A stretch of 64,000 nucleotides of DNA from assembly GCA_012026655.1 (NCBI GenBank), contig JAAILG010000196.1, positions 62,001 through 126,000 of the forward strand, in the 5' to 3' direction. The translations under genes and the position numbers were made by a program. Of this stretch, positions 1-12,199 are shown one piece after another. This DNA comes from Hydrolagus affinis. Lineage: Eukaryota. The first letter of the stretch is position 1. Every line of letters starts with the position of its first letter. Under the pieces are notes generated by a model, which worked only from the letters and a program-made list of their open reading frames with translations, was not told where the DNA came from and did no database searches.

Positions 1-636
1 CTCACGAGGTGGACTGCTTGTGAACATCTTGGTGAGTAGCATTATTCAGTATAACATGTAAACAAACTCCTTGCAATTCTTTTTATTACTATTATCCTCA
101 TGCCCAGTTAGGACACACATCTATCTCCATTGAACAGTGATTCCACAGTTGGAAGTATGAAGCTTCAGCTGCAGCTGTTAACCTCTTTGAGTACTCCTCA
201 AGGTAGATACCGAGCTTTGGATATACAAGTGTGAGTTCATGAACTCTGAAGTCAGCTGTTCCAGCAGCTGTCATTCCAAACTTCAGAGTTTCCTATTCAA
301 TAGCCATCTGCCTTCAGCATTACGGGAAGACCTTCACAGAACAGCTTGTAATGTGCCAGTCACTCTGGCGTTCTTGAGTCCAAATCCAATGCCATGTACT
401 AGGTTTACTCAACACCAACTGCTTAATCCAGGCCTCATGTGAAGGTTCTTGGCAAAGAGACATGACCACTTGGAAGCCAGAGTGCTGAGCAACAGGACAG
501 TGCAAGCTGAATCGCTTCTTCCCTGCAGCTGCTTCTTATTTTAAAAAAAACACAACTTGGTCCTGGACTTTGCAAATGTGCTGAAGTAAACTCTTCCATT
601 GCCTGGCAGCTTGGAACTATGAAGAACTGTTTCGAC

Positions 637-999
637 ATAATAATAATAATACTAATACTAATAATAATAATAATCCTTGCATTTGATATAGCGCTTTCCA
701 CATCTTATCAACGTCTCAAAGCGCTTCACAGAATATACTGTAAAGTGAATTGACTGTATACATTTGTGGGCGAATCGCGGCAGCCAATTGCGCACAGCAG
801 TGTTCCACACACAGTCGTGGATTGAAATGACCAATTTTATTATTGTGTTTTTTTTGGAGGGATTATTATTAGGCGTGTGGAGTAAGGAAACTTGCCCAAG
901 GTTTCGCCCTGACCTGCCTGGATTCGAACTAAGGTCTCCCCAGCTTGGATTCCCCAGCTTGCAAGATAAGTGCTCTAACCACTGGGCCACAGGAGCTCC
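637..999 (-). mobile_element. tRNA-derived SINE with Deu-type 3' core and (TTA)n tail, near full length
   Basis: The minus strand begins GGAGCTCCTGTGGCCCAGTGGTTAGAGCAC (A box) ... GTTCGAATCC (B box). It has the core TGCTGTGCGCAATTGGCTGCCGCG, a 3' stem-loop AGCGCTTT...AAAGCGCT and an ATTATT tail. Many copies occur in the window. Confidence 0.9.
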
Positions 1000-2028
1000 A
1001 CCTCTTATAAGCCTCTTAACTGATTAAAAGAGACGTCTTGCATTAATTTTCTACACGACAAATCAAAATGATAAACGTTCTTGTGATGTAAGTTGCTTTG
1101 AAAAAACAAAAATCCATAAATAAACTTTAAAGCTGTCAGGCAACTGGCAGGAGTAAAATGGGTAAGTGTGTGTATTCAAGTAAAACCTTTTACAGGGGCT
1201 TTAAGTAACCCGTTACTCTAATTCCTCATTCAACAAAGAGAGAGAGGGAAAATGCAGGTCATTCTACAGCAAAATTCAAAGCTTTTGTGCCAACTTTTAT
1301 CAACAGTGAAAAGAAAAAGTCTGCTGTATTGAGCAGAATCATAGCCAAAGCAAAGGTCACTTTAGTATCTACATTCATGAGTAACGAATAATAGAAACCT
1401 AGGAGTGACTAATCTTATCAAGGGGTGAAAATGATCCCATCCATTGTAAAAGTATCACAACTCTTTCTTAAATAACATGATTCTCAAGGTTTACAACCTC
1501 ACAATGTGGTATTCATCAATATGTATATAAAAATTTATACAAAGATGGTGAGGAAGGGGGAAATGGTCCTAATGTTGAAGGATTGGGGACACAGGGGAAA
1601 TTATTTAAAAAAATGAATGGAGTATTGGATCATTTAAGGTATTATATGAGGTAAACAAGGGCAATCTCACAACATTACAAGTTCAACCCAGTTGGCATTG
1701 TCCATAGTTTACAAACTGGCAGAAAAACAATCTCTACATTCAGAAAAAGAACCATCGCCTTTGTTTTCCTGCATTTAATAAATTGGCTTTTACCGTACCT
1801 GCAGATTATCTGAAAGTATGCGGCTACAAGCAGGGGCACCTTCTGTTTCTAACACTGATACTTATATTTAGTTATAAGTGCTAATCGATGACAGGTTCCC
1901 TATTTATACCTTAAGAGTGCCGCAATCACAGTCAAGGTTATCATTTACGAGAAATCTCACTTTCAAATATTTCAAATAGTGTCACCAGATGTAATTTATA
2001 TAACATTTTATATAGAACAAAAAAGTAC

Positions 2029-2115
2029 CTGCATGGAGGTTGGTTTCTCAAATCGGAGTGTAAGATCCCTTTCAACAAGCAGCAACACTGTATGGATACA
2101 GTTAGGAACGGTGTC
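2029..2115 (-). CDS. PLEKHG4: PLEKHG4-family exon (DTVPNCIHTVLLLVERDLTLRFEKPTSMQ), Sec14/CRAL-TRIO-like region
   Basis: Acceptor ctgcag|GAC and donor CAG|gtactt, 87 nt, phase 0-0. The peptide resembles the family segment 'IHSILLLVDK'. Confidence 0.85.
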
Positions 2116-3299
2116 CTGCAGATGAATGTGAAACACGATTATTGCACTATCGTACCTCTTAGCTGATTACATTCTGAGGCAATACCTTGGGTGAAGCCGC
2201 CATATAAATACAAGTCTTAGAAGTCAGTAGTTTATAATAGCCACCAGCTGACCAATGTTCTACAATATACTGGATTGATCAACTGTAGATGGAAATGGGC
2301 AGTTTGTTTTATACCATGAGAATGGAACTGGTGAATATTAAAAATTATAAAGCTTAAATGAATAAGAGAGATTATTTTCACTGGATTCAATGAGTGGTGA
2401 GATCAAGGATGGTTTTGCTTGGCTACGTTTGAATGGCATTTTCTCATTCTATGTTTTTTCATATTTCATATTTAATTAAGCCTTCGTTTGCGTTTGTTAT
2501 GAGCACCATTTTTCCTCCACCAATTCTAAATTGTTTGCTTAGAATAATTAGGTGATGGAATCTTGTATCAATGATGCAAGTCAACAGTTCACGATTTCGA
2601 AGATCTCAATCTAAAGCTTTTTGTTTCAACACCACAAAAAGAGTCTCAATATAGTTTTTGCTATTTTTAAGTAAAATGAAGCTGGATAATTGCTAATTAT
2701 TTAACACTTACAAATGGTTTACCTATTGAAACAGAATCATTTCTAACGTAACAGAATTGTAGCCAATGCTTAAATTATACGATGTTGTAAAGATAACCTC
2801 TTTATTCAGATCAAATCTGATCTCAGCCTTCAGATATACATAGCTGACGGGGAGAAATGTAAACAGACATATAATTGCACTTGCACTGCAATCCACAGTA
2901 GAATACACACAACCAAGGTCAAGACATCATAAAAGGTGACATTTTGTGATAAAATCTTTAGATATGATAGCCAATGACATGATTCAAGTATCTTTTGACA
3001 AAGCTGAAACTACCAGTCTTCCTGGACAGTTAAGATAAGGTGGGTAAACAACAAACAGTCAATAACACTGATCAGATAAATCTAATGGTGTCTGTGGTTA
3101 AATAGTATGAAAAATAAATCCCTTCACAAGGCTAACTGATATGGTGCCAATCAGATTGTATACAAAGTTTAATTATTCTTCATTGATGATGGCATGATGA
3201 TAAAAGTAAAGCTTAATGATATTTCTGTGTTAAACACTTTGGAGCTTGGTGAAATATGTATTTAGTACTTTGATCCAATTCTACACAACAGTTTAATAC

Positions 3300-4078
3300 A
3301 GAGAAATGTGAATGAGGGGAAGCAATATAGGATAGATAGTACAATTTTAAAGGGTGTGAAGGAACAGAGAGACCTGGGGATTTGTGTTAGTGACTCTTTG
3401 AAAGTGGCAGGACAGGTAGACAAAGCCGTTAAGAAGGCATATGGGATACTAGGCTTTATAAATAGGGGTATAGAATACAAAAGTCAGGAAGTGCTGATTA
3501 ACCTCTATAAGACTTTGGTTAGACCTCAGCTGTGAATTGTACTGTGTACAATTCTGGTCATCACACTTTAGGAAGGATATTAAGGCATTGGAAAGGGTGC
3601 AGAGGACATTTACTCGGATGGTACCAGGAATGAGGGACTTCAGCTATGAGGAAAGGCTAGATAGGCTAGGCTTATTTTCTCTAGAACAAAGAAGATTGAG
3701 AGAAGACCTAATAGAGGTTTATAAAATTATGAGAAGTTTCGACAGGGTGAACAGGGAAAGACTGTTTCCACTGGTGGGTGAATCAGTGACTCGTGGTCAC
3801 AGATTTAAAATAGTTTCAAAACGAAGCAGAGGGGAGCTGAGGAGAAATGTTTTCACTCAGCGGGTTGTTCGATCTGGAATGCATTGCCTGAAAAGGTGGT
3901 GGAGGCAGATTCCATAACAGCTTTTAAAAGGGAACTAGATCTTTATTTAGGAAGAGCAGGTCTGTTAGGTTATGGGGAGAGAGCTGGGCAGTGGGATTGA
4001 GTTGCTCTGTTCAAAGAGCCAGCACAGACTAGATGGGCCGAATGACCTCCTTTTGTGCCGTATAATTCTATGATTCTT
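3300..4078 (+). mobile_element. CR1 LINE, 5'-truncated 3' end (RT C-terminus plus 3' UTR)
   Basis: ORFs 3308-3535 and 3537-3917 give ...LYKTLVRPQL*YCVQFWS.HFRKDIKALERVQR...LGLFSLEQRRLR, the typical CR1 ORF2 C-terminus, with a stop codon and frameshift. It ends GATGGGCCGAATG...ATTCTATGATTCT. Confidence 0.92.
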
Positions 4079-5597
4079 TGAGTATTGTTCTCCAAACTAT
4101 CTTATGTGGCTCAGAAAGAGAAGACAAAAAATAACTCTGAAAAATAGCAGTAACACCACTATGTAACATGTAAATAAACCTTGCATGAGGAGCAGTTTCA
4201 CTCCTTCACAATGCAAGCATTCAATGATTCACATTTTAAAATGAATTAATATAATTCAAAATTGCGCTGAACTTTTTTGGTGATCAGCAATGTTTCAATA
4301 CCACAAAAAGAGTCTCAATAGTTTTCACTTTTCAATGATTGGTTAATCCATGCTGTACTAACACATCATGGATCATAATTTTCACACACAATGTTTTCTA
4401 AGAATAGTTGCCAGGTAACTTGACTACAGAAGTTCAGACCAGAAACAGTTTGTTCAAATGAGCAATTATTGTACCCTTTAACTTATCTGGTTTATCTATC
4501 TAACAATAGTTTGGTCAGTGTAATCTCAAACCATATAATCGGTCTTATTTTAATTAAGTCAGCTAATAACACAAGATGAAGCTGTTCAGTGTCAGAGAGA
4601 GTTTATATTCCAAAACGAACACATAGTGACTAATTGGCAATGCACAGACATAACCAGTATCTACTAACTACAATAAACGTATTCATACAATGGTAACAAA
4701 ATTCACTGATTTGATCTCTCCGTCAATCTTTTCAATAAGATGAAGCAGAAAAGGAAGGCATGCTTCACATTCACCATAGTCTCCTTTCCAAAAGTTATGC
4801 CCGTTGACTTGACAAAACTAATATTATTACCTTGCCAGATGTGCCAACTTATTCATAGTATGGAGATAGTCCAACACATCTCAATTTATCAAGTGAATGT
4901 CTAATATACCCCTAGGCAGACACTGTGTAAAGCAATTATATACTGGATTAGCAGCTTGGCTGGATACTGGAACACAAACAAGAGCATGTCTGAACATCTA
5001 TTTCTGTTGGGCGTGTGATTTTTGCTGTGCAAATTATATTGATGTAGTAGGTGTATTTTCCCCTATGCACAAACACTTTAGTGTTCCTTTAAATATAATT
5101 GATGAGGACAGGGGATAGATCAAATAAAACACATTACAATTCTGTGCACCTCAATGTCAAAGTTGACAATTATAAGCAAATCTGAACAGATTACATTTTT
5201 GCTCATTGTATTTCAGTAAATATTAGGTACGTATATGAGAAACACTTTATTGGAAAATCATGAATAAAATCTAAACATTATATTATTTAGGAAGTTACAC
5301 ATTTATAGACTGACTTTTGATTAACCGATGAACATCCATGAATGTTATTCACTCATATATGCATGAGAACACAGCAAACATAGATACTTATCCTTTCCTA
5401 TAGGGGCTTAATCTCCAGGATTCAGACATATTATCAGAGGGATTCCACATTTACAACTCACTATACAGATTGTAAATGGCATTACAATGCAGCAGGAAAT
5501 ATAAACTCCCCAAAGCTCCTTTAACACAGCTTCCAGTTCCAGAAGCATGTTCATAAAAGAAAAAAAAGGAAAATGTTATAGCTGAATATATATTAAA

Positions 5598-5745
5598 AAT
5601 AATAATGATGGTCACTTGCATCCTTGGGTTTGAGATGATGTGTCAGGAAGTCTCAAAGGGCTTCACAAGATTTTACTGTGAAGTGGTACGACTATTTTGT
5701 GGGCGAATACAGCAGACAATTCACACAGAACTATGTTCCACAATC
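5598..5745 (-). mobile_element. degraded SINE 3' fragment
   Basis: Diverged match to the SINE tail (gtctcaaagggcttcaca...ttgtgggcgaa..cagcagacaatt...cccaca). Confidence 0.6.
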
Positions 5746-6175
5746 AGATGATTAATGACTCAAGAGGAAAATAAAGCCTGTGAAATAGGTGCTTTCTAGG
5801 CACCTAGTTTTTTTTTAAATCCCCAATAGGGAAATTCAGTGAGTCACTTTTTTTATTGAGTAACATCTTTACATGGGCATCACGAATTTAAATAGTTGTA
5901 TTCTTTTTTAAAAAGGACTTTTGAAGTAAAGAAACCCTTTTTAAGATGAATATTGTTAAGATTCTTTACACCATCCCACACATGATGTAAAGAATAGAAA
6001 GAAAAAGATGTGAAATGGTGTCTCAATGTCTCTGTACATTATATTCTGTGTGAGGAAACGATTAAAATGGAATCATTTATCTTAGGGTCAATTGACAAGT
6101 CACTTGAACTTTGCTGTTGAGGTTAATGAAATTATTTGCACTTCTCAATTAGATTGCTTCTTACCATACACTCAC

Positions 6176-6190
6176 TTGTAACTTTATCAT
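6176..6190 (-). CDS. candidate alternative first coding exon (MIKLQ) of a short PLEKHG4 isoform
   Basis: ATG ATA AAG TTA CAA|gtgagt is a strong donor in phase 0, matching the phase-0 acceptor at 2115. An in-frame TGA lies immediately upstream. Confidence 0.4.
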
Positions 6191-7065
6191 TCATGAGTTA
6201 TTGGGTTTTTGCTCACTCAAGGATTGATTTTTTTTAATGCAGTTTCTCATTGAGCAGTACAGCGCATAAATGCAACAAAGATCCTGCTGAATAGTTATAT
6301 ATGTGCCACAAAGCAATGATTCCCAAAGAAGGGAACAAAACGATTTTTTTAATCCATGTAGATTCAGTCTCTTAAACGAGACAGATGGTATAAATAACAG
6401 AGGGAGTGAGGCTGCTGTGTGCAAACAGCAGCTGCAGGTTATTAGCATAAAGCTTACTTCATGCTATTTGGAAAGCTGACAATAAAACAACAAGAATTAG
6501 TTGGAAGTTGAAAAGCCATGTCAGCAGTTTACGGCAGTTTAAATTTACCTTCATAAAAAAATTATGTGTTATAATCTGTACCTCAATGGTGTTGTTACAA
6601 CTGAATTTTGCATTCAAAATGTTCAAAAGCAACACTTTCTTCTGGTAAATTATTTGTGCATTTTGTTTCAAGTAGAATAGTGACATATTAAGCTGAATGA
6701 TGGAGCAAGACAGACAGGCATTCTGGAGTCTGACCCGATGATTTGCTGAGGTGGTTGAATAAGTGAGCTTCAGTTCATGATTGTTCGAGTTTATGTAGAA
6801 TCTTTGCAGGACATTAGATGGGTTGAACAGCCGTTTGTCTTTTTATTATTTTTGTAGTGGAACATGGCATGAGAAACTAATAAGAAAAGGGTTTCAAGCT
6901 TTTGGTTGTGAAAAACAAAAGGAAACCAATTTCCTGATATCCACTTTTTCTGACTTGGAGAGAAAATGAAGGTAAAATGCAACGTTAAGTTTAAAGTCTT
7001 GTTTCCACAAAGTATTACATTACAGTTTTGCTCATTTTAATTTAAAAGGGAAGTTTTATTTATGT

Positions 7066-7830
7066 AACAACAACCACCTGGATTTATAAAGCGTCCTCCA
7101 CGCCAGACAGCCTCTCAGAGCATTTAACAATAACGGATCCTGGGGCCGAGCCAGGAGACCGAGCAAACCGGTGACCAAAAGCGCGGTCGAAAAGAAAGGT
7201 CTTTAGCCGTGACCTGAAAATAGGAAAATGGGGCAATGTGAAGGGAGTGAGGAAGGGAATTCCAGAGCCTCTGTAATGTGGGCAGGGCGGAAGCCGGACT
7301 GGAGGGGTTTGAAAAGGGAGTGGAAGGAGAGGTGTACGCAGAGTTGGTTGGTAACAAAGTGTTCCAAACCTTTAGCAATGAAGGATAAGTTCGAGAAAGG
7401 GCGGTAGTGGCCAGGGTTTGAGGGATCTATGATAGGTTTTTTGAGGAGGAGGGGTGATAGCAGCGATTTTGAGTGGGGCAGAGACTGATCCTGAGGATAG
7501 GCACTGATTTATGATGTCTGCCAGCAGTGGGCAGAGGAGGGGGAGCTGGGTGATCAGTAAGTTGGAGGGAAGGAGATCGAGGCAACAGGTGGTGGGTTTC
7601 ATAGAGGTGATGGTAGATGAGTGGGAGGAAGGAGAGATGGGGGAGAAAGAATTTAGGATGGGGGTCGTAGTAGAAGCTGATGACGGGATGGGTGAGGGGA
7701 ACGGAAGGGGGGTGGTGGTGGGAAACAAGAGGCAGGAGGATGAGGCTGCCAAGCGAATGTTATTTATTTTGATGGTAAAGAAGTCCATGACCTCCATGTA
7801 CTTGGCGTTAGATGTAAAGATTGGGAAAGT
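7066..7830 (-). mobile_element. L2 LINE fragment with internal deletion of the RT core
   Basis: Minus-strand peptides KPTTCCLDLLPS..LADIINQCLSSG..LKIAAITP and LQSGFRPAH.TE are followed directly by LWNSLP, a 3' UTR stem-loop and a (TTG)n tail. Confidence 0.8.
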
Positions 7831-8083
7831 GTAAGGAATGACATACTTATTCTGAAATCAAGTTGCAATGAATTGTACACAAGTGTTATTTGTTTCCTTT
7901 GTTTAAACGCCTGTTTTGCTAAATTATTTTCAAAGATTCGACGCAGTTCTTGTGTAGTGTGGGAAAGCAACAAGGATCATAACCATGGTTATTAGAATAG
8001 CTTACATCAGAAAAAGATACCATTCATACCACTAGCCAGATGACTTTCTAAAGGAGATTGCCAATGTATCACAAGGTGGAAAC

Positions 8084-8459
8084 TAGGGTCTGTCGATATG
8101 CAAATTTTCCGATATCGATATATTGGTGGGCTCATATCGATATATACCGATATATCGATATCGCCAGGTTTCTTTATCCTGTGTATGTGCGCGTATTCGG
8201 ATGTGCGCGCATTCCAATATGCACGCGCATTCCGTGCTGTAGGCCCAGGAGGTTTGCAATGCTGGCGACAAGATAAGTTGAAAAAGTTCGCATTATACTG
8301 ATATAACCGATATATCGCCGGACACGATATACCGATATTTGCGATATACTGATTTTTTTTATACCGAATTTTTCGATATATGGATATATTTAAATTTCCA
8401 ATATCGGCATATCGATATGAAAAATTATACCGATATAACCGATATATCGCCAGATACTA
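8084..8459. mobile_element. non-autonomous hAT-type DNA transposon (MITE), 376 bp
   Basis: Imperfect TIRs TAGGGTCTGTCGATAT / TAGTATCTGGCGATAT (reverse complement), a perfect 8-bp TSD GTGGAAAC (8076-8083 and 8460-8467), and many subterminal CCGATA/TATCGG motifs. Confidence 0.92.
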
Positions 8460-8553
8460 GTGGAAACACATCCGACAGTTCAACATTCACTTGGTTTTAA
8501 GAGATGAAGTGTACCACACATTATTGCATTCCATAAATGTAAAGAATTATTAC

Positions 8554-8647
8554 CTGCAGCATGTTGAAAGCCTTAAAGAGTGCGGGTACAGGGGAGCAGC
8601 GGCGGGCATCTACCAAAATGGTTAGTCCTGCCAGCCGGATTTCGTTT
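8554..8647 (-). CDS. PLEKHG4: PLEKHG4-family exon (R NEIRLAGLTILVDARRCSPVPALFKAFNMLQ)
   Basis: Acceptor ctttatag|A and donor CAG|gtaata, 94 nt, phase 2-0. It carries the family motif 'GLxxLVDARR'. Confidence 0.92.
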
Positions 8648-8944
8648 CTATAAAGAACGAAAAATACAAAGCAATGAGATGAATCATGGTTATACAGTAT
8701 TTTACATTTATTTTACATTGATCACCAAACTATTACTTCATAAAATGGCTTGCAACTGAACGGTGGCACTTCCACATTCTCCCATCGTTTCAGTGATCCA
8801 CAGCGAAAGACCCATTCCATCTTCTGAGGAATATATTGATTATATATATATATTGAATATATAGCTGTGAGAGCACCTCAGAAAATATTATGTGGGCAGG
8901 TGGTCCTGGATCTGATCGCTTCCATTTTTTTTTCTGAGATGGAG

Positions 8945-9030
8945 CAACAACAACAACAAAATTACACTTCTCTAGCGCATTTCACGTCAGGAGGACGTCC
9001 CAAGGTGCTGGACAGTCACTGCTTCAGACC
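8945..9030 (-). mobile_element. short L2 3' end with (TTG)n tail
   Basis: caacaacaa..ttacac..agcgcatttcacgtcaggaggacgtcccaaggtgctggacagtca, the same tail as the coding L2 at 25279. Confidence 0.8.
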
Positions 9031-9134
9031 CACAAGCAATCCACACGTTACAACCACTTATTGCATTACTGGTTCTAAACATTTTTTGTATGAATTCAAT
9101 TCCGACTTGTGAAAAGCACAAATTGTTTACATAC

Positions 9135-9258
9135 CTGGGAATGCTGGAAAAATACATGAGGAGCCGCACAAGCTCAGTGACGTTGCAGTGTGGATTTAGC
9201 CAGATTGTATTTCTTGTTGTTATAATCACTACTGCACGACCAGATTTATCTCTGGTAC
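9135..9258 (-). CDS. PLEKHG4: PLEKHG4-family exon (GTRDKSGRAVVIITTRNTIWLNPHCNVTELVRLLMYFSSIPR)
   Basis: Acceptor tttgcag|GT and donor CAG|gtatgt, 124 nt, phase 1-2. It has the Sec14-like 'GTRDxxGRAVV...LLxYFxSIPR' motif. Confidence 0.93.
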
Positions 9259-9469
9259 CTGCAAACAGAATTGTTAAAATACAGCAAACTCTTTAACCAA
9301 AAGGTAATGCTTCTAGCGAGTGGCAATCTCTAATGCAATTCCTTGAATTCAAGCAAATTAAGACTTGTAAAGTACCTATCAAATTGGAAAGATGTTCCAG
9401 AGTGATGGACAATCAGGATTTTTGGACCTAAGCTTGGAATTGGGGTCAGGAGGGTGGAGGGCTGAAGGG

Positions 9470-9990
9470 GGGGGGGGGGCAGCTGAAAAGTCTTTAGACA
9501 CGACTTGAAGGAGGCAAGAGAGGGGTGAGGCGGAGGGACACTGTCCTACAAGCGGAGGGAGTGGACAGGCTGATATAGGGTTAGGAGATTGGAGAGGTGT
9601 GTGTGTGGGGAGGAGGGGAAAGACTACGCAGGGCTTTGAAGGTAAGAATAAGGGTTTTGTACTTGATTCTGAATAATGGGGAGCCAGCAAAATCAGGCAA
9701 GAACGGGGCTGATTGGTTCGCAGAACCTGGTGAGGGAGAGGATATGAATTTTTAATAAGCTGCACCTTGTGGAGAGAAGTTGAGAAGTCCGAGAACAGGT
9801 AGTTGGCGTAACCAAACTGGGACAAGATTAAAACTTGGATCAGTGTCTGCTGGTCTGCGGTGAGAGACAGTGGCAGAATTGGGCAATGTTGAGGAGGTGG
9901 GGAATGGCAGTACCGATCACAGCACAAATGTGAGGTTTGTAAGAATTAGCTGGGGGTCGAAAAGGACATAGAGGTTTTGCATTGGCTCAG
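9470..9990 (-). mobile_element. old degraded L2 LINE ORF2 C-terminal fragment
   Basis: Minus-strand peptide QTLIQVLILSQFGYANYL..LHKVQLIKNS resembles the L2 'LIHAFITSRLDYCN..LQLIQNSAAR' segment. Confidence 0.7.
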
Positions 9991-10228
9991 TGAAGTGCTC
10001 ATGAGTGCGGCCATGATTAGTGAGTGATAATGTCAGCAGCTGAAGCAGGATTCATGTCAGTTGATTGCAACCTAATTGTAAGCAAAGATACACAAAATCA
10101 AGTGCGCTAATATTTCTTAATCAAGGCAATACACAATATATGTACAATCTCCAACATATACATTCACAGAGTTGTGGCAATAGGTAGAGAAATACAGTAT
10201 TGAAATTGATATGAGAATAAGTACATAC

Positions 10229-10471
10229 CAGTCAAACACGCTACACCGGAATGCAGAACATCAAAGTTGATTTCTTGGTAAAGGGTTGGCAAATTAGATT
10301 TAAGTGGTGAAGAAGATAAAGCCTCATGTTTGACTGGCACGGGTCTCTGCTTATTCACAGTGCATTGTCTAGCCAGTGAGGATTTGGGCGGTTGATCTGT
10401 CAGCCTAGATGTATTTTTGTTACAGCTTTGATTTCCTGTATCAAATTCAACATTTGTCTTGGAATCAAATC
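10229..10471 (-). CDS. PLEKHG4: PLEKHG4-family exon (GFDSKTNVE...QEINFDVLHSGVACLTG)
   Basis: Acceptor ttctactag|GA and donor CTG|gtatgt, 243 nt, phase 1-1. It ends in 'LHSGVACLTG', which joins TRDKSGR as in the family motif 'LxSGVxxLPGTRD'. Confidence 0.88.
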
Positions 10472-11814
10472 CTAGTAGAAAAGATTTAATAAAATTAAAA
10501 ATGAATTGGATGATTGCTGCATTTAGATATACATCTATACACATGGAAAACATTTTAAATCCCAAAAGTTTAAGTCAACAGACACTTGATTCTAAGCAAA
10601 AAACTATTTCTAAAGACAGTGTGGTTAGCTTTTCTTCCGTTTTTGAGTAGTTACTGGGTTAGCAAATAATTAATTTCAGCTTCTACCAGATTCAACAGTT
10701 TATCTAGGCAGGTTTCATGTTTTTCCACAGGTATCACTGGTCAGACATCAGCACAAGTTGGCTAGGGTGAAGAAGCTCCTTTGGCCTATTTACACTCATC
10801 TTTTCTGAAACACTTACTGTAGAATCTTCTCATCACCACATCTACCTGTTTATTTAAAACAAGTCCAATATTCTGACCTCCACCATTCTCCCTGGCAAGA
10901 TATTCCAGGCGCTAATTACTGGCATCTGTTCTGAAATTTGCCCGAAGTCCTCTTGTTGAACTGTTTTGGCAGTTACAAATATTATTCTGCAACTGATTAT
11001 CTCCAGCTTATTGTTGCACAGTTTCTCTTGTATAATACAGATACTAATACAGTATTCTAGCAACTGGATAGAAGTAATTGCAAAAGCATTGTTGTTAATA
11101 TCCTATACAGTAGTTGTACAATGCAGGGCATTCTTTCAACTGTTAAATTAATGCTTTGTGTTGGTCACTGCATCTTCATTCAACAATTCAATTTGCATTT
11201 CAATAGCATATTCCTCCACAGGTTGCAGAGGACATCAGCAACACTGGACAAATCAGATATGTACTAACAAGTAGCGAACACTTTAGTTCCTGCAAAAGTT
11301 ATAATTTTCAATGCATTTCCATATTAAGATATTATAATGTTATTATCTAACTCAACTTCATGCAGCTCTTTCTTATTTCCAAACTTACTGCACTCCAGCG
11401 AATCATAATGTTAATGAGTGACTCACTGCAAATCAGAAACAAAAGCCACAAAAAACACAGCACTAAGCATATATTCTATTAGTTAACTGTTATATCTCTT
11501 TGAAACTGGATTAACTACAGTATTGAGAGACTAGTAATAGGTTGCATAGGTTGAATGTTGCACAACATGGGAGCAGAGGTGAAAAATGATCATTTTTGTA
11601 ACTGAACTCTGTATAATATTTGTGAATACAGCAGGTACAGTAAACACTTCGCTTACTAGACTTGGTATCTGGAATTTGTACCTAGCTTTGATAAGGCAGC
11701 CCCCCCAACCTCACTATTCTTGCAGGTCACTAGAAAATTCAGTGCTACAGTGCAGGACAATGAAGATTCAATCCTCCATTCAGTTCTTCATCCAAAACTG
11801 AGATTGGAAACTCC

Positions 11815-11922
11815 ATTGGAAGCATTACGCCCACAAAATACACAGTTAATTCACTTTCTGTGAAGTGCTTTGAGACATCTCTATGACAATATAAGACGTT
11901 ATATCAATGGCAAGGATTATTA
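11815..11922 (+). mobile_element. SINE 3' fragment
   Basis: cgcccacaaaat..cagttaattcacttt..gtgaagtgctttgagac...atatcaatggcaaggattattat. Confidence 0.75.
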
Positions 11923-12199
11923 TAAGTGCGAATCAAATGCGGATGTCCTGACCGAGTAATGTTTTCTGTCTCCTAATAATTGGCATAAAGACATTTGCAG
12001 AAATCATCTCAGCAACAGAAAATCCAATCCTGGTGGACCCTGGATTTAAATTACAGGATGTAAAATTCCAATTAAAAAAGTTTAAAACATTGACATAAAA
12101 GCGGAAAGAGCAGGAGGCGTGAGATTCAAGTCGACAGCTCCAGTGTGAGTAAAACAAGCATCAGCGGATACAATGCTATATAATGCCTCTTACTATATT

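Noticed and set aside
1-620. Searched for the next PLEKHG4 exon (expected ...LHKxIDxxQL...HxxW...)
   Set aside because: I found no matching peptide with splice sites, so the gene presumably continues beyond the window start.
920-999. tRNA-like sequence with A and B boxes (also at 39190-39256 and 44012-44075)
   Set aside because: These are SINE heads: each continues into the SINE body and lacks a proper acceptor stem.
1795-1860. Minus-strand CTGCAG|GTACGG donor-like site near exon 2029
   Set aside because: No acceptor or ATG gives a phase-compatible exon, and the peptide is not family-like.
8058-8301. Overlapping short ORFs and repeated CCGATAT motifs, superficially array-like
   Set aside because: They lie inside the hAT MITE. 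There is no constant repeat with unique spacers, so this is not CRISPR.
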